Assembly: GCA_002245135.1 (NCBI GenBank)
Contig: NGBS01000605.1
Location: forward strand, 1 to 64,000
Direction of reading: 5' to 3'
From: Proteromonas lacertae
Lineage: Eukaryota
DNA: 64,000 bases
Position numbers and translations under genes: made by a program. Below the pieces are notes generated by a model. It searched no databases and was not told where the DNA came from. It saw only the letters and a program-made list of their open reading frames with translations. Shown here one piece after another: positions 1 to 13,904 of the stretch (position 1 is its first letter; every line of letters begins with the position of its first letter).

Positions 1-968
1 TGAAATATCTTCCATTCAGAAAAAAGAAATTTTACATTTAGCTTATGAAATAAGAGAGAAAAATAACAACAAGAGAAATAAAAGACATATTAGAATGAAT
101 GAAGCATTATTAATAGCAGAACAACAATATTTGACAAATAACAACAACAACAAAAACAATGATAGTAGTGAATGTTTTGATAATAAAGACTGTATTAAAT
201 ATTTCAAATTGTGTATTAATGAAACAAAGAAACTATTTAATGAGAATAATAATGAAAAATAAACAATATTCAAATAATAAAAATACTATTCATTTTTTCT
301 TAGCCAATTTATATATAGAATTAGCAGAAATATTATCGATATATAATAAAAGAGAAGGATTGAGATATTATTCAATAGCATTTAATATCTGTTTGTCTAA
401 TTATTCTGTCTCTTCAAAGAATGGAATTTATACCTTTAAATCACCTGTTATTAACCAACCAATCATTTTCTATTTATACCTCTGTTTAGGAAAGATTGAA
501 TATTGCTTAAAGTATCATTATTCTGCAGCAGAACATTACACAATTGCTGCTGAATATTTGACAAATATATTCACAAATTATGAGAATGATTTAGATAAAT
601 TTAAGGATTATTCTATTACTTATTTAAATAACATTGAAGATACTTATAATTATTGGATTAAAGCTGGAGAATGTTATATGAATATCAATTATAGATCAAA
701 TTCTATTTATTGTTATGAAAATGCAATTAAAATGGTGAATTTGTTGTATAATGAGAATAATGAATATGAAATTGATTGCTATAAAATATTGGCTGATTTA
801 TATTATCCTATTGATAGGAATAAATGTGTTGAGATGTTAATTAAATGTCAAAATGCTTGGAAAGTATTGTATGGTAGTGATTCTAGATTTTATATTCATT
901 TAGCACAGTTGATCGAGTCTGTTGCAATGCAAACTCCAGAGAAACAAATAAATAATAATTTTCAATAA
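1..968 (+). CDS. TPR/helical-repeat protein, 3' part; apparent 1-nt frameshift near 255
   Basis: TPR-like helices (LGKIEYCLKYHYSAAEHYTIA, AGECYMNINYRSNSIYCYENA, AWKVLYGSDS). Open frame from base 2 shifts to the listed ORF at an A-run. Confidence 0.55.
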
Positions 969-1063
969 TGTAATTAATTATGTTGTTTTTGATTTAAATT
1001 GTAAAAAAACAACAATTTAATAGTAAAGTTTTTAACATATTATGTCATTTTATTAACTAACTT

Positions 1064-1657
1064 TTAGTTATTCTTAAGCTTTAATAGCTTTTTGGCTTTT
1101 GGTTTTAATGTCCAGCTTGCTAATCCAAGACATACAACAGCTGTTCCGAGATAAATAACCCATGATGATGAAATGATGCTCTTGAATGTCAATTGTTCTG
1201 GGAATATTCAAAATACATGTGTCTTAAACCACCAGCGAAGTGATATAATACACAATATGATGTTATAAATTTAGTACACCATAATAAAATACCATGTCCC
1301 TTTAACCATTCAACCCATTGCATTGGATCACTAACAAAAGATCCTAAACCAACTAAGCCAATACCTATACAATTAAAAAATTATAATTTGAATAAATATA
1401 CCACCTACAAGTCCCATACCAGTTAAACGGTGAGCACCTGATGAAACTGAACCCATATGAATATGATAAATAGATAAACAAGGTGAGGTAAATCTACCTT
1501 TTGCTCTTTGTCATCAGAATAACTAAAAAAATAACATAAACAGAGAAAAGAAATACACTGTTCTTTGTCCAATTGTTGATAATAATGGTGTGCAACGAGA
1601 TACTGCATTACGAGCTCTGCAAGCAGCTAAAGATGAACGGGTGAATGAAGAAAGCAT
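1064..1657 (-). CDS. SDHC: Succinate dehydrogenase cytochrome b560 subunit (complex II subunit C); spliced, with two apparent homopolymer frameshifts
   Basis: Manual translation gives presequence MLSSFTRSSLAACRAR, then GRFTSPCLSIYHIHMGSVSSGAHRLTGMGL (family R..SP...IY...S..HR.TG) and HFAGGLRHMYF (heme-ligand H...G.RH). Not captured by the ORF track. Confidence 0.85.
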
Positions 1658-2090
1658 ATTAACTTATATTAAAAAGATTAAAATTGGGGAGTTTCATACA
1701 GCACGGCGAATCCACAAAAATATATAACAATGCTATTAAGAGGATTCTGACGTGACAGATTAATGAAATTTTCATACCCCAAATATTTCAAAATGATTAC
1801 TATTAACATTTGTCAGATGTAATTAATTAAATATCCTTGTTTTTTCTTTAATAAAAATGCCTAGAGCATAATAAAATGATAAAAAATTAAAATCATAATT
1901 TCAAAAATGATTATGATGAGATTCATCGTTGATAGTGAAATTGAACATCTATCATTTAAATTTTCAGATTTATTTTAAATCATAAACATGATGATTTTAA
2001 TTTCATATAAACATAAAATAATTCAGTGTTTTTATTAAATATGATGAAATAGTGTTTCTGACATGTAAAATGTAATAATAACCTTCAAAA

Positions 2091-3677
2091 ATGAAAACAA
2101 TTCCTCTTTGGTTATCTATTGGTATAATTTATTTAATTGTGTTTTTTGACTGTAATGGGGTTTCAATGATTGTGCCTATACTCCCGAAATATTCAGAGAA
2201 GTTCGGATCTTCATCGTTTGTTCATGGAATCACCTTTATAGCTTATCCTACAACTGGATTCTTTAGTACTATGATTATGGGCTGGTTGAGTGATAAATAC
2301 GGGAGAAAAGCGCTGATGGTAGCTTCAATTGTTGGATCTTGTGTAGGTGCGATCTTTCAGTTTTTATCAAATGAACACTGGCAATTTATTCTAGCTCGTT
2401 GTTTCACAGGAGCTCTAGGAGGTTCAATGACAGTCGCATCATCTTATATAGCCGATGTTTTTGATCCTCTTGAAAGACCAAAACAACAAGCAAGGTTGTC
2501 TGGTGTAATATCTTTATCTTATTTAATTGGTCCAGTAATTGGATCATTTTTAGGTGATGTAGAATTGAATTTACCTCTTTATGTTATAAGTGGATGTGCT
2601 GGATTGGTATTTATAATAGTAGTGTGCTTTCTACCTGATTCAAAGGAATATACAAAGAATAAGAACAATGAGAATAAAGAAATTAAGGCTGTAGAATTAG
2701 GAACAAAAAACAGAAACAAACACAATAATAACAGAAGGAAATGAAAAAGTTGAAGAAAAAATTGAAAATTCTACAAAAGAAGCAACAACAGAATCTGAAG
2801 AAAAAACAAAAGAAGAGACAACATCATCAACAACAACAACAACAGAAAAACCAACAGAAATAAATGATAATACAATAACAATCACAATAGATACATCACA
2901 AAATAGTGAAAATGAAAAACTAGTAAATGAAAATGATTTATCACCAATAAATGTGGATAATAATATAACACAAATGATTGTTCCAAAGAAGTATCAGTTA
3001 CTCGTGCATCATTTATATCTGAAAATAATAATAATATTAATAATAATAACAAAGAAACACCTATAGATCCTAAAGAAGAAAGGAAAAATAACATTTCTTT
3101 ATTTTTGATATTTGTGGAGTGTTTCTTTTTAGTTTCATCATTGATGGCACAAGATATTGGATTTCCAGTTTTTGCTGAAAAACAGTTAAAAATTAGTACA
3201 ACAATCAGTGGAATATTTTTCAGTAGTTTTGGCTTATTTTTCATAGTTTTTGAGTGGTTTTTATTTGATCTAATTCGAAGATATGTTTCTTTACCAATAA
3301 TTTTAGTTTTTGGAACAGTAGTTCAAGCTATTGGTTGGCTATTTGTTGGTTTTATAAAGAATAATGTTTGTAGTTATATTGGATTTTACATAATGGGATC
3401 AGGATCTGCTCTTTGTTATTGTTTACCTGCAATTATTATCTCATTACTTTCAAAACCAGAAGTACAAGGTAAAAACATTGGAATATGTCAAGGTTTTGAT
3501 GGTAGTGCTAGAATTTTCCCACCTTTATTTTATGCAGCTTTATTTGATGTAAATTATTATGTGCCATTTGAATTAGCAATGGGTTTAAGTCTAATGGCAT
3601 TGTGTTTTGCTGTGGCTTTCTATTGTATAAATGGTAAGAATCCTAAACTAGCTGCTAAAAATAAACTTAAACATTAG
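2091..3677 (+). CDS. MFS transporter, DHA1/TetA-like, with a long Glu/Thr/Asn-rich central loop; frameshifts inside the loop
   Basis: Motif A GWLSDKYGRK, ARCFTG and IGPVIGS in the N-half (2091-2744). Six-TM C-half with QGKNIG (3105-3677). No evident introns. Confidence 0.85.
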
Positions 3678-3791
3678 TTTTTGACATATATATAATTTAG
3701 TATAATGATTTTTTTTTGTTTTAAACATTGTATGAAAAGAAATACCCCAATTTAATATTTCAAGCATAGTTTGAGTGTCAATTAATCGAAA

Positions 3792-5150
3792 ATGAACAGA
3801 GCTAGAGATATTATTTACTCTCCTTTAGAAAAGAAAGGTTATGTAACAGCAGCTGAAAGTCATATTGTGGAAGTTCCATTAGTTTTAGTTGGATTAATTG
3901 CTGCTGCTTATATTTTAATCTTTATGAAGTCAATATTAATACCATTTGTTTTTGCTATGTTATTGGTATATGTCATCCGTCCAGTAGCTGATTTCTTTTA
4001 CACTCCATTCGAAGACTGCTGTCGTAGAAACTCAGATAACCAAGATAGATATCCAGTATATATACATAAATATTTTAATTTTATTTATATTCATTATCGA
4101 TAGAATGATTCGCCAATACATCGATCAAGAGTGGAATACAAAGCTCGTTGTCCTAGATTTATAGCAGTATTTCTAGCAATAATTATATCTGTGTTTGTAA
4201 TGTGTGCATTAGTCCTTCTTATTCTTGATTCAGTATAATTATTCTTTCTAATATTATTCTATAAATAGGTTGAATCAGTAACAGCAAAAGACATTGAAAC
4301 ATTTCAAATAAGAGCAATTCGATTGGCAAAATCCATTACAAAGTCAGCAGAGAAACTGTTTGGAATAAATATAGAAAAAATAGTCAGATCATTTTTAGAT
4401 AACGTATTATATATATAATAATTATAATTATTATATTTTAATAGTTACCAATCCAATCAATTATTCAAAGTGTATTAATCTACATCTATGAACTTATTGT
4501 TGGATTATTATTCGTTATACTCATCGCTATCTATTTACTATTTGATGATAATACTTCCACTTCACATAGCAGAAGTGAATTAAAACATGAGATTGATAAA
4601 CAAATTCAATATTATTTAGGTATTAAGACTATAATAAGTGGAACTGTCGCTTTAATTATTTATATATTCTTTGGGCCAATAATGAGAGTAAGATTTGGCA
4701 ATGTATTTGGTATTTTAACTTTCTTATTGAATTATCTACCAAATATTGGACCAATTATTGCAACTTTTATTCCAATTCCTATCATTCTGTTGGATGATAA
4801 TGTCACATTTAGTAAATTCCTTTTAATACTTCTATTTCCTGGTGTATATCAAATATTTATATATTTTTTATTTATAGTGTATTCATTGTATTATAGGTAA
4901 TTGTATTGAACCTTCAGTTTTTGGTAAATCTTTTGAATTACATCCAGTAATAGTTCTTCTTTCCTTAGCTTTATGGTATTCAATTTGGGGTATTACTGGT
5001 GCATTTTTGGCTGTCCCTATAATGGCAGTTATGAGAATCGCACTTGAAAATTATCATCATCCTTATGCAAAGGTATATGTTAATATAATATATTGATATT
5101 TATAGTTTGTTGTTAATTTATTGAATGGTAATATTTGGCAAGATAGTTGA
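3792..5150 (+). CDS. AI-2E (PerM/TqsA) family transporter, multi-exon
   Basis: ILIPFVFAMLL.Y...P, YLGIKTIIS, FLLNYLPNIGPIIA, GNCIEPSVFGKSFELHPVIVLLSL..W..IWGITGAFLAVP across short GT-AG introns. Confidence 0.88.
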
Positions 5151-5328
5151 AATTTAAAAATGACATTTAAATTGTGTAATAAAATAATATAAGTATTTAA
5201 ATTCTTTCTTTTTTTTGAATATTGTTATTGTTATTGGCGTGTTATATTTTGATTTAATTATTTTGAAATAATTAATCAACTCAAACCATGTATTCGACAA
5301 GAAATAGAACGTTATAATAATAAGACAT

Positions 5329-8300
5329 CTATATTTTTATATTTGGTATAAAACTCTTCACACCTTCAATATTAGGATTAGTTTTATACACGACACTTTT
5401 ATATTTTTGTTCATAACATTTTATAGCAATTGTTCCAGGCTCTATTTCTAATTTTGAGTCATTTACATAAAACTCTGTTTTTCTAGTTGATGATATATAT
5501 TTGACTTTCATTTTTCCTGGTTTTCCTGTTTTTGGATCAGCTAGTCCAGTTAAATGTGATATTGGCAAAGTATTTACATTTGATGTTGATGTTGATGTTA
5601 ATGGTGATATATTATATCTACTTAATGATACAACAACATAATGGAAATTCGACCAACCACATTTTAAATACAAACATATCATACATTCTTTAACAACATC
5701 ATCACAATTGCTTAATTTTCTATTATCATTTATTACATGTATGAAGCAATTATTCAACATGTAAACCATTTCCCTATTATTTAGAGTAGCTAAATGGAGT
5801 AGATATCTATTCTCTTTTGTAGTAGAATATATATCTCCATTGAATAATTTTGTAAAACTATCAAAGTCATTTGCACCTACTTCTTCTAGTCGAATAGTAA
5901 TATTCTCTGTGTGATATAAAATATTATACCATATTAATTCTTGAAATAATAACTGTAATAGTTGAGGATTATTATCATGATAAACATTTTCAAATACTCT
6001 TTCAATTTCATTAACATCATTTTCTTCAGCTATGTGTTCGATACATTCAAATATATAGTCAAACACATCATCAGAAATAAACTTCATCTCATGTTCATTT
6101 ATCCTATCATAACATTTAGCTGTATGCTGTTGATTTTTATATGGAATTGAATATTTTATAATATAATGACTCAATGTACTATCAAAAACAGTTGTTCTTC
6201 TTTTAGATATTTTATCTTCTTCACTTCTAGATTTACATGGATATAAATATGACTTTAGAAATTCTATATAACCAACACCACCTATTATTCTGTTAATACC
6301 TTTAGTATATTGTTCATTCCAATAATCTTTTTCATAACATACACTATAGATAGCGGCATAGTAAATATGTCTTGGAACATTTCCATATTTACAACTGAAT
6401 CTTTCTGCAGCATCTAATAAATCATGAGGTAAACATTTTTCTCTCCATTCTTTTATTTCATCATTACTAAATACATCCATATAATAACAAAAATGTTTAA
6501 ATCTTGATTTATAAAACTCTCCATAATTCTTGTAGTCTGGTGAGGTAATATAAAATATTGTCTGAGAATTAGCTGTAGAACTTTTAAGGTTAAAAGAATC
6601 AGATATTGCTATATCACAGTCTATCATTTTACTACAACGTTTTACTTTTGATTTTTTTAAATTATATCTATCAAAATAAGGACTGTCAATTCTGCTTTTA
6701 TAAATATTTGTTACTATAGGTTCATTAATTTTCTTCCCTAATAACATAATCTTTTTCAATAGAAATATAATAAATGATGTCTTACCACATCCAGGATTAC
6801 CTCTTAATAGAAAACTGAACTTATTATCTTCAACAATTTCTTTGTTTTTTTCCTTCTTTTTGTCTATAAAACTTTTTATTAAGTCTAACTTTTCATTTAT
6901 ATTGCTCATTTTATCAACAGGAGTTAATTCTTTCTTACACTTTACCTTTATTTCATTCCCATAATACTTTTTGAGTGTATGAATAATTCTTTTCACTTTA
7001 CTTAACTCTTCACTTTCATTGTAAGGAATATTTATACCTTCATCATCATCATCATCGCTATCTTCTTCTTTTTCATCATCATCATCTTCTTCATCATCAT
7101 CATCATCTTCTTCTTCTTCTTCTTTTTCATCATCATCATCATCATCATCTTCATCTTCATTATTTTTTCCATTATCTATTTCAGAATAATCATCATAAAC
7201 TAAATCACAGTTTTTTATACTATCATCTCCTTCACCATTAATATCTCCATAATCTTCATCTTCTTCTTCCTCTTCCATATCTTCATATTTTTCTTCTTTC
7301 TTGACCACTTGTTCTACATATTTATCTCTATGATTTCTTAATTTAATATATAAAATGTATAACATTAAATCATTCCATATTTCTTCATAAACACTTCGAA
7401 TATAAACTTTTCTAACTGGATATTGATAAATATCACATTCTATCTAATTGTACTTTCATTTTTATTAATTTTTACTGGTTTTTGAAAAATTTTACATAAA
7501 CCATTAGTAGCTATTATTATATATTATTAGAATCAATATACTTGTTCGGTTTAAACAATATTTTTTTAACTTTCCTTTCATTGATTGCAAATATGAATAA
7601 GCTTCATTAACATCTGTTTTAAGGCGCTGTTCCAATATTCTATCAATATTTGTGTTTAACGTTATACTATCCCTTATAGTTTTTATATAACTGTACTTTC
7701 CTTCTACACCATTTTCGTAAACTTCTAATTCTTCCTTTATTGTATTAGGATTATTTAAAATACTTTCAAATACACTGTAATCACATTCTTTATCATCATC
7801 TTCATTTTTATTTTTATAAATTTCTATGGATAAATGTGAACATTTTTTAGTTTGAAATAGTAAAGATTTTTCTTGGCAATCATCCTGTTGTTTAAGAAAT
7901 TTTAAATAGTTATACAAATAATCTGAATCCATTCTAAAATTAGATGATCTAAGTCTTTTTGCTTTTATAGATATAATAATTTGTCTTGGATCACATTCAT
8001 TATTATTATTATTATTATTTGGCTCTTCAGGTTGTAATGGTTTATTTGATTCTCCCTTTTTACTCATTTTTCTAGGTGGTTCACAAACATCATTCCAATC
8101 ATAATCTCTATCCATTTCTTCTTCCATTTTTGCTGTTAATAAGCTGTAATGACCAAAATCTAATTCACCAATATCAGCATGAAGATTACACTTCTCTTGT
8201 TCAAATAATATATAAACTATATTATATATTGGATTGGATTTCTCTAATTGATTGATAATACTATCATTATTAGTTTCTGCTGAAAACACTTCTTCGGTAA

Positions 8301-11131
8301 TATTCTATAATAATAGTAATAAAATAATATACTGCAATAATTTCTTTCTTCATATCATCTTTCTTTTTATAGTCAAAGTCATTGTATATTATATCTATCA
8401 AATAATCATCTAAATCATTTAATTCTTTCTCATGTACTCTATTTTTTACCATTACATTTGACTGTTTAAGATCATACAAATGAATTAATTGAAGTTTATA
8501 TTCTAATGAGACAAATTCATAATGTAATTTAGTTTGTAATGAGAATAGTTGATGGTGAAATAAATGTAATTCATATTTATTCTGCGTTAATAAAGCTTCT
8601 TTCGATTTTTCCAATTCATCTGATAGGTCTTTATCATTATTTACTGCTTGGAGCTCGTATGATAAAGTAAATAACTTATTTAGCGATAACAGTATTGTTT
8701 GTTCATCTTGTGGTGTGTGTTGTTGTAAATTATATTTCCCAATCAATAGAGATTCTATATCTAAAAACTGTTTTAATGATTGAAATAATTTCTGTATAAT
8801 ACATAATTTACTTTGAAATAATAACAGTTGTGGTAGTTCTTTTGGAGAATCTGTTGATTCACCATAACCAAATGTTGAAATATAATTTGAAAATGATATT
8901 AATTGTTTTTCAACCATTCTACTTAAATCACCCAACACTGGAAAAGTAGTATTCATAATTTCTTGTATTTTGAATTGTAATACCTGTAAGTTATTCAGAG
9001 TTTCTTCTACATGTAAATCAAATGATTCTAATTGCGTTTGGATTTCCTGTAATTGTATAGGTTTTTCCTGTGGCTTATTGTCTAACCCAGATATTTGATT
9101 CGATAAATTTGTTTGCTGAGTAGATAATACTTCTTTCATTTGTTGTTTCAATTCATCTATTTTTGAATATAATCTGTTCTTTGTATTTTCTAATTCATCC
9201 AAATCATTGTTTTTACTTCGTAGCTGTCTATCAATATTATTTACTAATTTAGTTATTTTCTATAAACTGGATAGAATAATTTCAATGTTTCATTAACTGT
9301 TTCTGTTATACTATCCAGTTTATGTAATTCGATTATTAATATATATTCTTGAATTGGTAATGTAAGTTTATCATTTTTAATGAATGACAATTTGTCTGTT
9401 ATTTTATTCAATTGTTCTTCTAATGAAATTAATACTTCCTTTAACAATTCTAATAAGTAATGTGGAGTAAATTCTTTAATACCTTCAATAAATCTTAATT
9501 CTTTCTTCAATTTTATCCCATCGCTTAATTCAATATCCAACCACTTAAAAGTATTTATATCACTATCTAATACATTCTTAAATTGTTCTTGTCTCTCTTT
9601 TGTATAGAAATTAATTAATTTATGATCAATATTTCTTCTGTTGCTTATTTCATTTATTAAGAACTATAATAATAATAATAATAATAATAATATATACATA
9701 TGTTTCACATAATATTCTCTTCCTTTCATCCATCTGTAATATATAATTCATTTTCAATTCATTTGGAATATAGCCATTTTGATATAGGGATGATACTAAA
9801 ATTGTTCTATTCTCATCACTAAAATTATTCTTATTCTTCTTCAATATAAGATTTCTTAAATATTCAATAATATAGCTTTTATGACGATTATATAACATCT
9901 ACATATTTATAAAAATAAATACCAATACATTTAATAAAGCGATTACGTTAAGTTTAACTTCATGGTTTGTATCTTTGGTCATTTGAACAGCAGTTATGTT
10001 GAATTTATTGATTATACATCCATCAATACAGGGGAAATTGCATACTTCACTGAAATCTAAGTATAATCCATCAACTACTACTTTTGTACCACCTCTTTCC
10101 TTTCCTTGATACACATCACCATTTAAATATGTTAATATTTCATATATTTTGTGGATATAATATTTATTCTCTGGAAGATATATCAAATCATAATCATTCA
10201 ATTTCAAATGTTTATAAATACAACTGCTGTTAGACAATATTATGTGAACCAATCTCTCATATATCTTCCCATCATTATCCTTCATAAATACATTATATAA
10301 TTCTTTGAAATGTTTTTTGTCTATAAAGTAATGACTTAATATATAATTCTTTATTTCTTCTGATCTAAATCTTAATCTATCTGGAATAACATCTATTCTA
10401 TCAGTATCGTAAATATAGCATCTTTGATCATATTGAGGTGGTATATATAATTGTAATTGATGTTTGCTTTCAACATTTGTTAAATATTGGGATAAGTCAT
10501 CTTCTTGTGATATTTGGTTTATATCACATCCATACTTTATACACCTTCTTATTTCACTATAATTTTTATGTAATAAATCCACTATAATCTCTTTTAACTC
10601 TTCTTCATTAAAATTAGGTAAGTAGAATTGTATTGGAGCTCTTTTATTACTCATCACTTTGTATTTCTCTGCTTCTGGACTACTAATCATAATTATTATC
10701 TCATCACTGCTGAAATCATCTTCGCGTATCTCTTTATTATCACTAATAATTATCGTCTTACTATTCGTATTAGGTAAATTATTTGTTGCAGTAAATCTTT
10801 CACCATAACATTCTCTAAAATTGTATTTTTTTGTACCTTCCTCTCTATCACCAAAAATTATTATAATATAGTTATTGAAATCTTTATCATGATTAAAGCA
10901 GTAAGATAGAAATACACATAAACATGTCTTCCCTGTAGCTTCGTTTCCATATACCAAAAAACACTTTTGAAGAATAGTACTGTTTGATTTTTTTATAATC
11001 CTTCTCATTTCGTTATAAATTCTGATATAACATTCTCTCACAAGCATTTTAGGATATTTTGTAGAATAATGATTCATACCTGGTTTTTTAATTATTTTCA
11101 AGTGGTTGACAGAAGAATAATTCAATGACAT
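5329..11131 (-). CDS. Crinkler/RHS-type protein with two P-loop NTPase(+restriction-endonuclease-like) modules joined by a coiled-coil region; probably one ~1,900-aa gene
   Basis: Module 1: LVRECY, GNEATGKT, ISSP, YLPNFNEEEL, GKIYERLVH, NFPCIDG, AVQMT. Module 2: YIRSVY, GNPGCGKT, ITSP, YMDVFSNDEI, GNVPRH. The six ORFs join through short GT-AG introns (~9899, ~9669, ~8305, ~7512) plus two apparent 1-nt indels (~9255, ~7445). Confidence 0.7.
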
Positions 11132-11433
11132 TTTGAATAAACAATCAAAATAGGAACAAGCTTTAATCAAGCCATTTTAATTTTAGACATAATAAAGCTA
11201 ATCAAATAGTTTATTGTAGGTGAGGTATAATATTCAACCCATCAAGCGATTACTATGGCTGTTCATGATTAATTAAAAAATAATTTTGAAATGGATTACA
11301 GCTTTTATGAAGTATTTTTTGCTTGAAAGTATTGTATATAAGAAGTAATTCAATACTTGAAAATAAGAACAGTAACATTTGTTAAATACAAAGATACTTT
11401 ACAAAGAGCAGTAGAACATATTCAACAAAACAA

Positions 11434-13034
11434 TTATTTCTTACTTCTTCTTGAAGATTTATTTCTTGGTATAAATATAGTAGATTCTTTATCAACATCA
11501 CTCATTGAATCTAATCTTTCTTTCACTTCAAAATTCTTCATCACATCTTCAAGGCTTTCTTCCAGATCTTTTATTTTATTCTTTAATTCAGCTACTTCGT
11601 TTAATTTACTCTTCAATAATGAATCATATTTGCTCTTATTTAATTCTAATGATTTATTAATGTTCTTTAAGAATTCTATATCATCATCGCTTCCTAATCG
11701 TTTTTCAAAGCTTTTTATTCTATTATTATCTTCATTTATTCTCTTCATCAATTCTTTGTTCTTTTCTTCCATTTCACCTAATTTCACTTGGTTTTCATGA
11801 ATAATATTCTCATAATATTGTTGTTGTTTATTTAGTTCCGATAAATAGAAATTCTTTTGGGTTTCTAATAAAGACGTCATTAATGATTCATATTCAAAAC
11901 GAACTTCATTTTTACATGTTGGATTATCCTATATATATATATATATATATATATATTACAATAAGAAATAATTTATACATCTGTTGATTCTCTATTATTA
12001 CTGCTATTATTCTCATCTTCATTGTTGTTATCTTCATCATCTGCAGATGGAAACTCCACTATCTGACCATCCTTCTGATCCTGTATCAATCGATGAACGT
12101 ATTGATTAGACACATAATCCCATACTCTTTGTGTTTCTAACTCCATTGAATATGCATGACCTGATTCTTCATAGTGTAATATTGCATGTTTAGCATGAAA
12201 GCGATCACAACCGATATGGCCACAAATTACACATATCCATAGATTATGATTATATTTACATTCCTAGGAGTATATTATAGAACATAAATATATACATCAC
12301 ATTGACTTTCTACTGTATTGCCTTCAAAGTGTCTGCAGAGAGGACATTCACTATTACTGTATTTTTCTAGGCATTTTGAGTGAAATTCGTGGTTACATGA
12401 TGTTATTAATATTCCACTGATATTTGAATCTAATCTTTCTAAACAAATAGTACAGGTTGGTAATTCTGTTAAATCATCTTTGATTTTGAAGGGATCTGTT
12501 AATTTTTCACTTGACTCTGTAGTAGTAGCACCAGTAGTAGTAGATAGGAGAAGTATTATAAAACTCAACTGATTCTACAAACACTAAATGACAGTAAATA
12601 GAAGGTGATTCTCGAAATTCTTGACCATTTAATCGTTTATATGCATTTTCTGATTCTTCTATTGTATTGAAACCCAAAAGACTGACCATTTTACCCACTG
12701 AACCATCTCTTAAAAAACGAATATAACTTGGAGAGACTGAATAGTATGTTAAATATCTCACTAAATCACCTAATGAATATGTATTTGGTATTGATAAGAT
12801 TAACAAAACATTTGAAGAAGCATATTGCTTGGATGAAAGACCAACTTTTCTGTAAAAGTGTATTTTACCCTCTATAGTCTCAGGATTGCCTGATTCAATG
12901 TAACAAATATCAGTTAATTCATTCTTCGGTGAAGATGGAGGGGCTGTATTATCTATTGCACTTTTGGATGATGTTATAATCGGTATTGGATGCGGAAGAG
13001 GTTCAGAGTTTAAACAAACTTTTATATGAAACAT
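11434..13034 (-). CDS. BRAP: BRCA1-associated protein BRAP2/IMP (yeast ETP1) type E3 ligase
   Basis: BRAP2 RRM-like domain, ELPTCTICLERLD...CNHEFHSKCL RING, ZnF-UBP (LWICVICGHIGCDR..HA..HY..SGHAYSMELETQRVWDY....YVHRLIQ) and C-terminal coiled coil. One frameshift near 12550. Confidence 0.9.
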
Positions 13035-13143
13035 TTGAAGAATTTTTAAAATATGTTCATCGAAAAATATTTTTTTCACACAAAAAGAAACGACTCTATT
13101 TTCATTTAAACCCAATTCTATTTTTTAGTTTGAGTTTTTTCTC

Positions 13144-13585
13144 ATGAACTCTCTATCCCGTTTGGCTCATAATGGTGCAATAAGAAGAGCATACAGATTA
13201 GCAGTCCCTGCTATTGCTAGTTTTTCTTCTCATGAAGGTGGTGCTTTTGCTCCTCCCTTTGTAGTCAGAAGACCTGAAGTTGGTCCAGTATTATTAATCA
13301 TATTTTTATTGTTTTGTGTAGTTGTCAGAACATGCAGAACTTATGTGGGATGATCCATATGCACCAGAAACTTGTATTGATTTCGAATTACCAGGTTGGA
13401 AAACTTGGGAAACCTATGCATGGTTCTTTGGTGGTTTAGCAATCTTCCCAATTGGTTTATTTTTAGTAAAACTTACAGATCCACAAGGACACAATCCTGC
13501 TGTATAATAATTGAAAATTTTATTGTATTAGGCACCAAGAGAAGTTCCAGGAGCTGATCATATTTTTGGTGATATTAGACATTAA
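13144..13585 (+). CDS. NDUFB8: Complex I accessory subunit NDUFB8 (ASHI), 3 exons
   Basis: Mitochondrial-type presequence, then ELMWDDPYAPETCID...AWFFGGL..TM..DP...P.APR, matching the plant/protist NDUFB8 pattern EL.WD....PE.C.D. Confidence 0.75.
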
Positions 13586-13904
13586 CTTCTGTAATTAAAT
13601 AAATTATTATAATGAATTATTTTATTAAGACTGTGTTTGATCAATTAAACAAATGCAGAAGAATCAGGTGTATATCTAAAGCAGTCAACATAAATATAGT
13701 ACTATGAGTATTTGCTTACTTTCAATTCGTAAATATTGATGCGCTTAATTATAAACAGTATATATAATCATGATGATTGCGTTGAATTATAACACAAAAA
13801 AAAAAATAAACAGCTTGATAAGGCTTGACAAATAGAAATTAGTTTTGTCATTTTATCGCTATCAGATCATCATTCTTTTTATCTTTTCATAAAAATAGTT
13901 GAGT

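Noticed and set aside
11929..11956. (TA)n microsatellite and similar runs near 30793-30810
   Set aside because: Ordinary simple repeats inside AT-rich introns.
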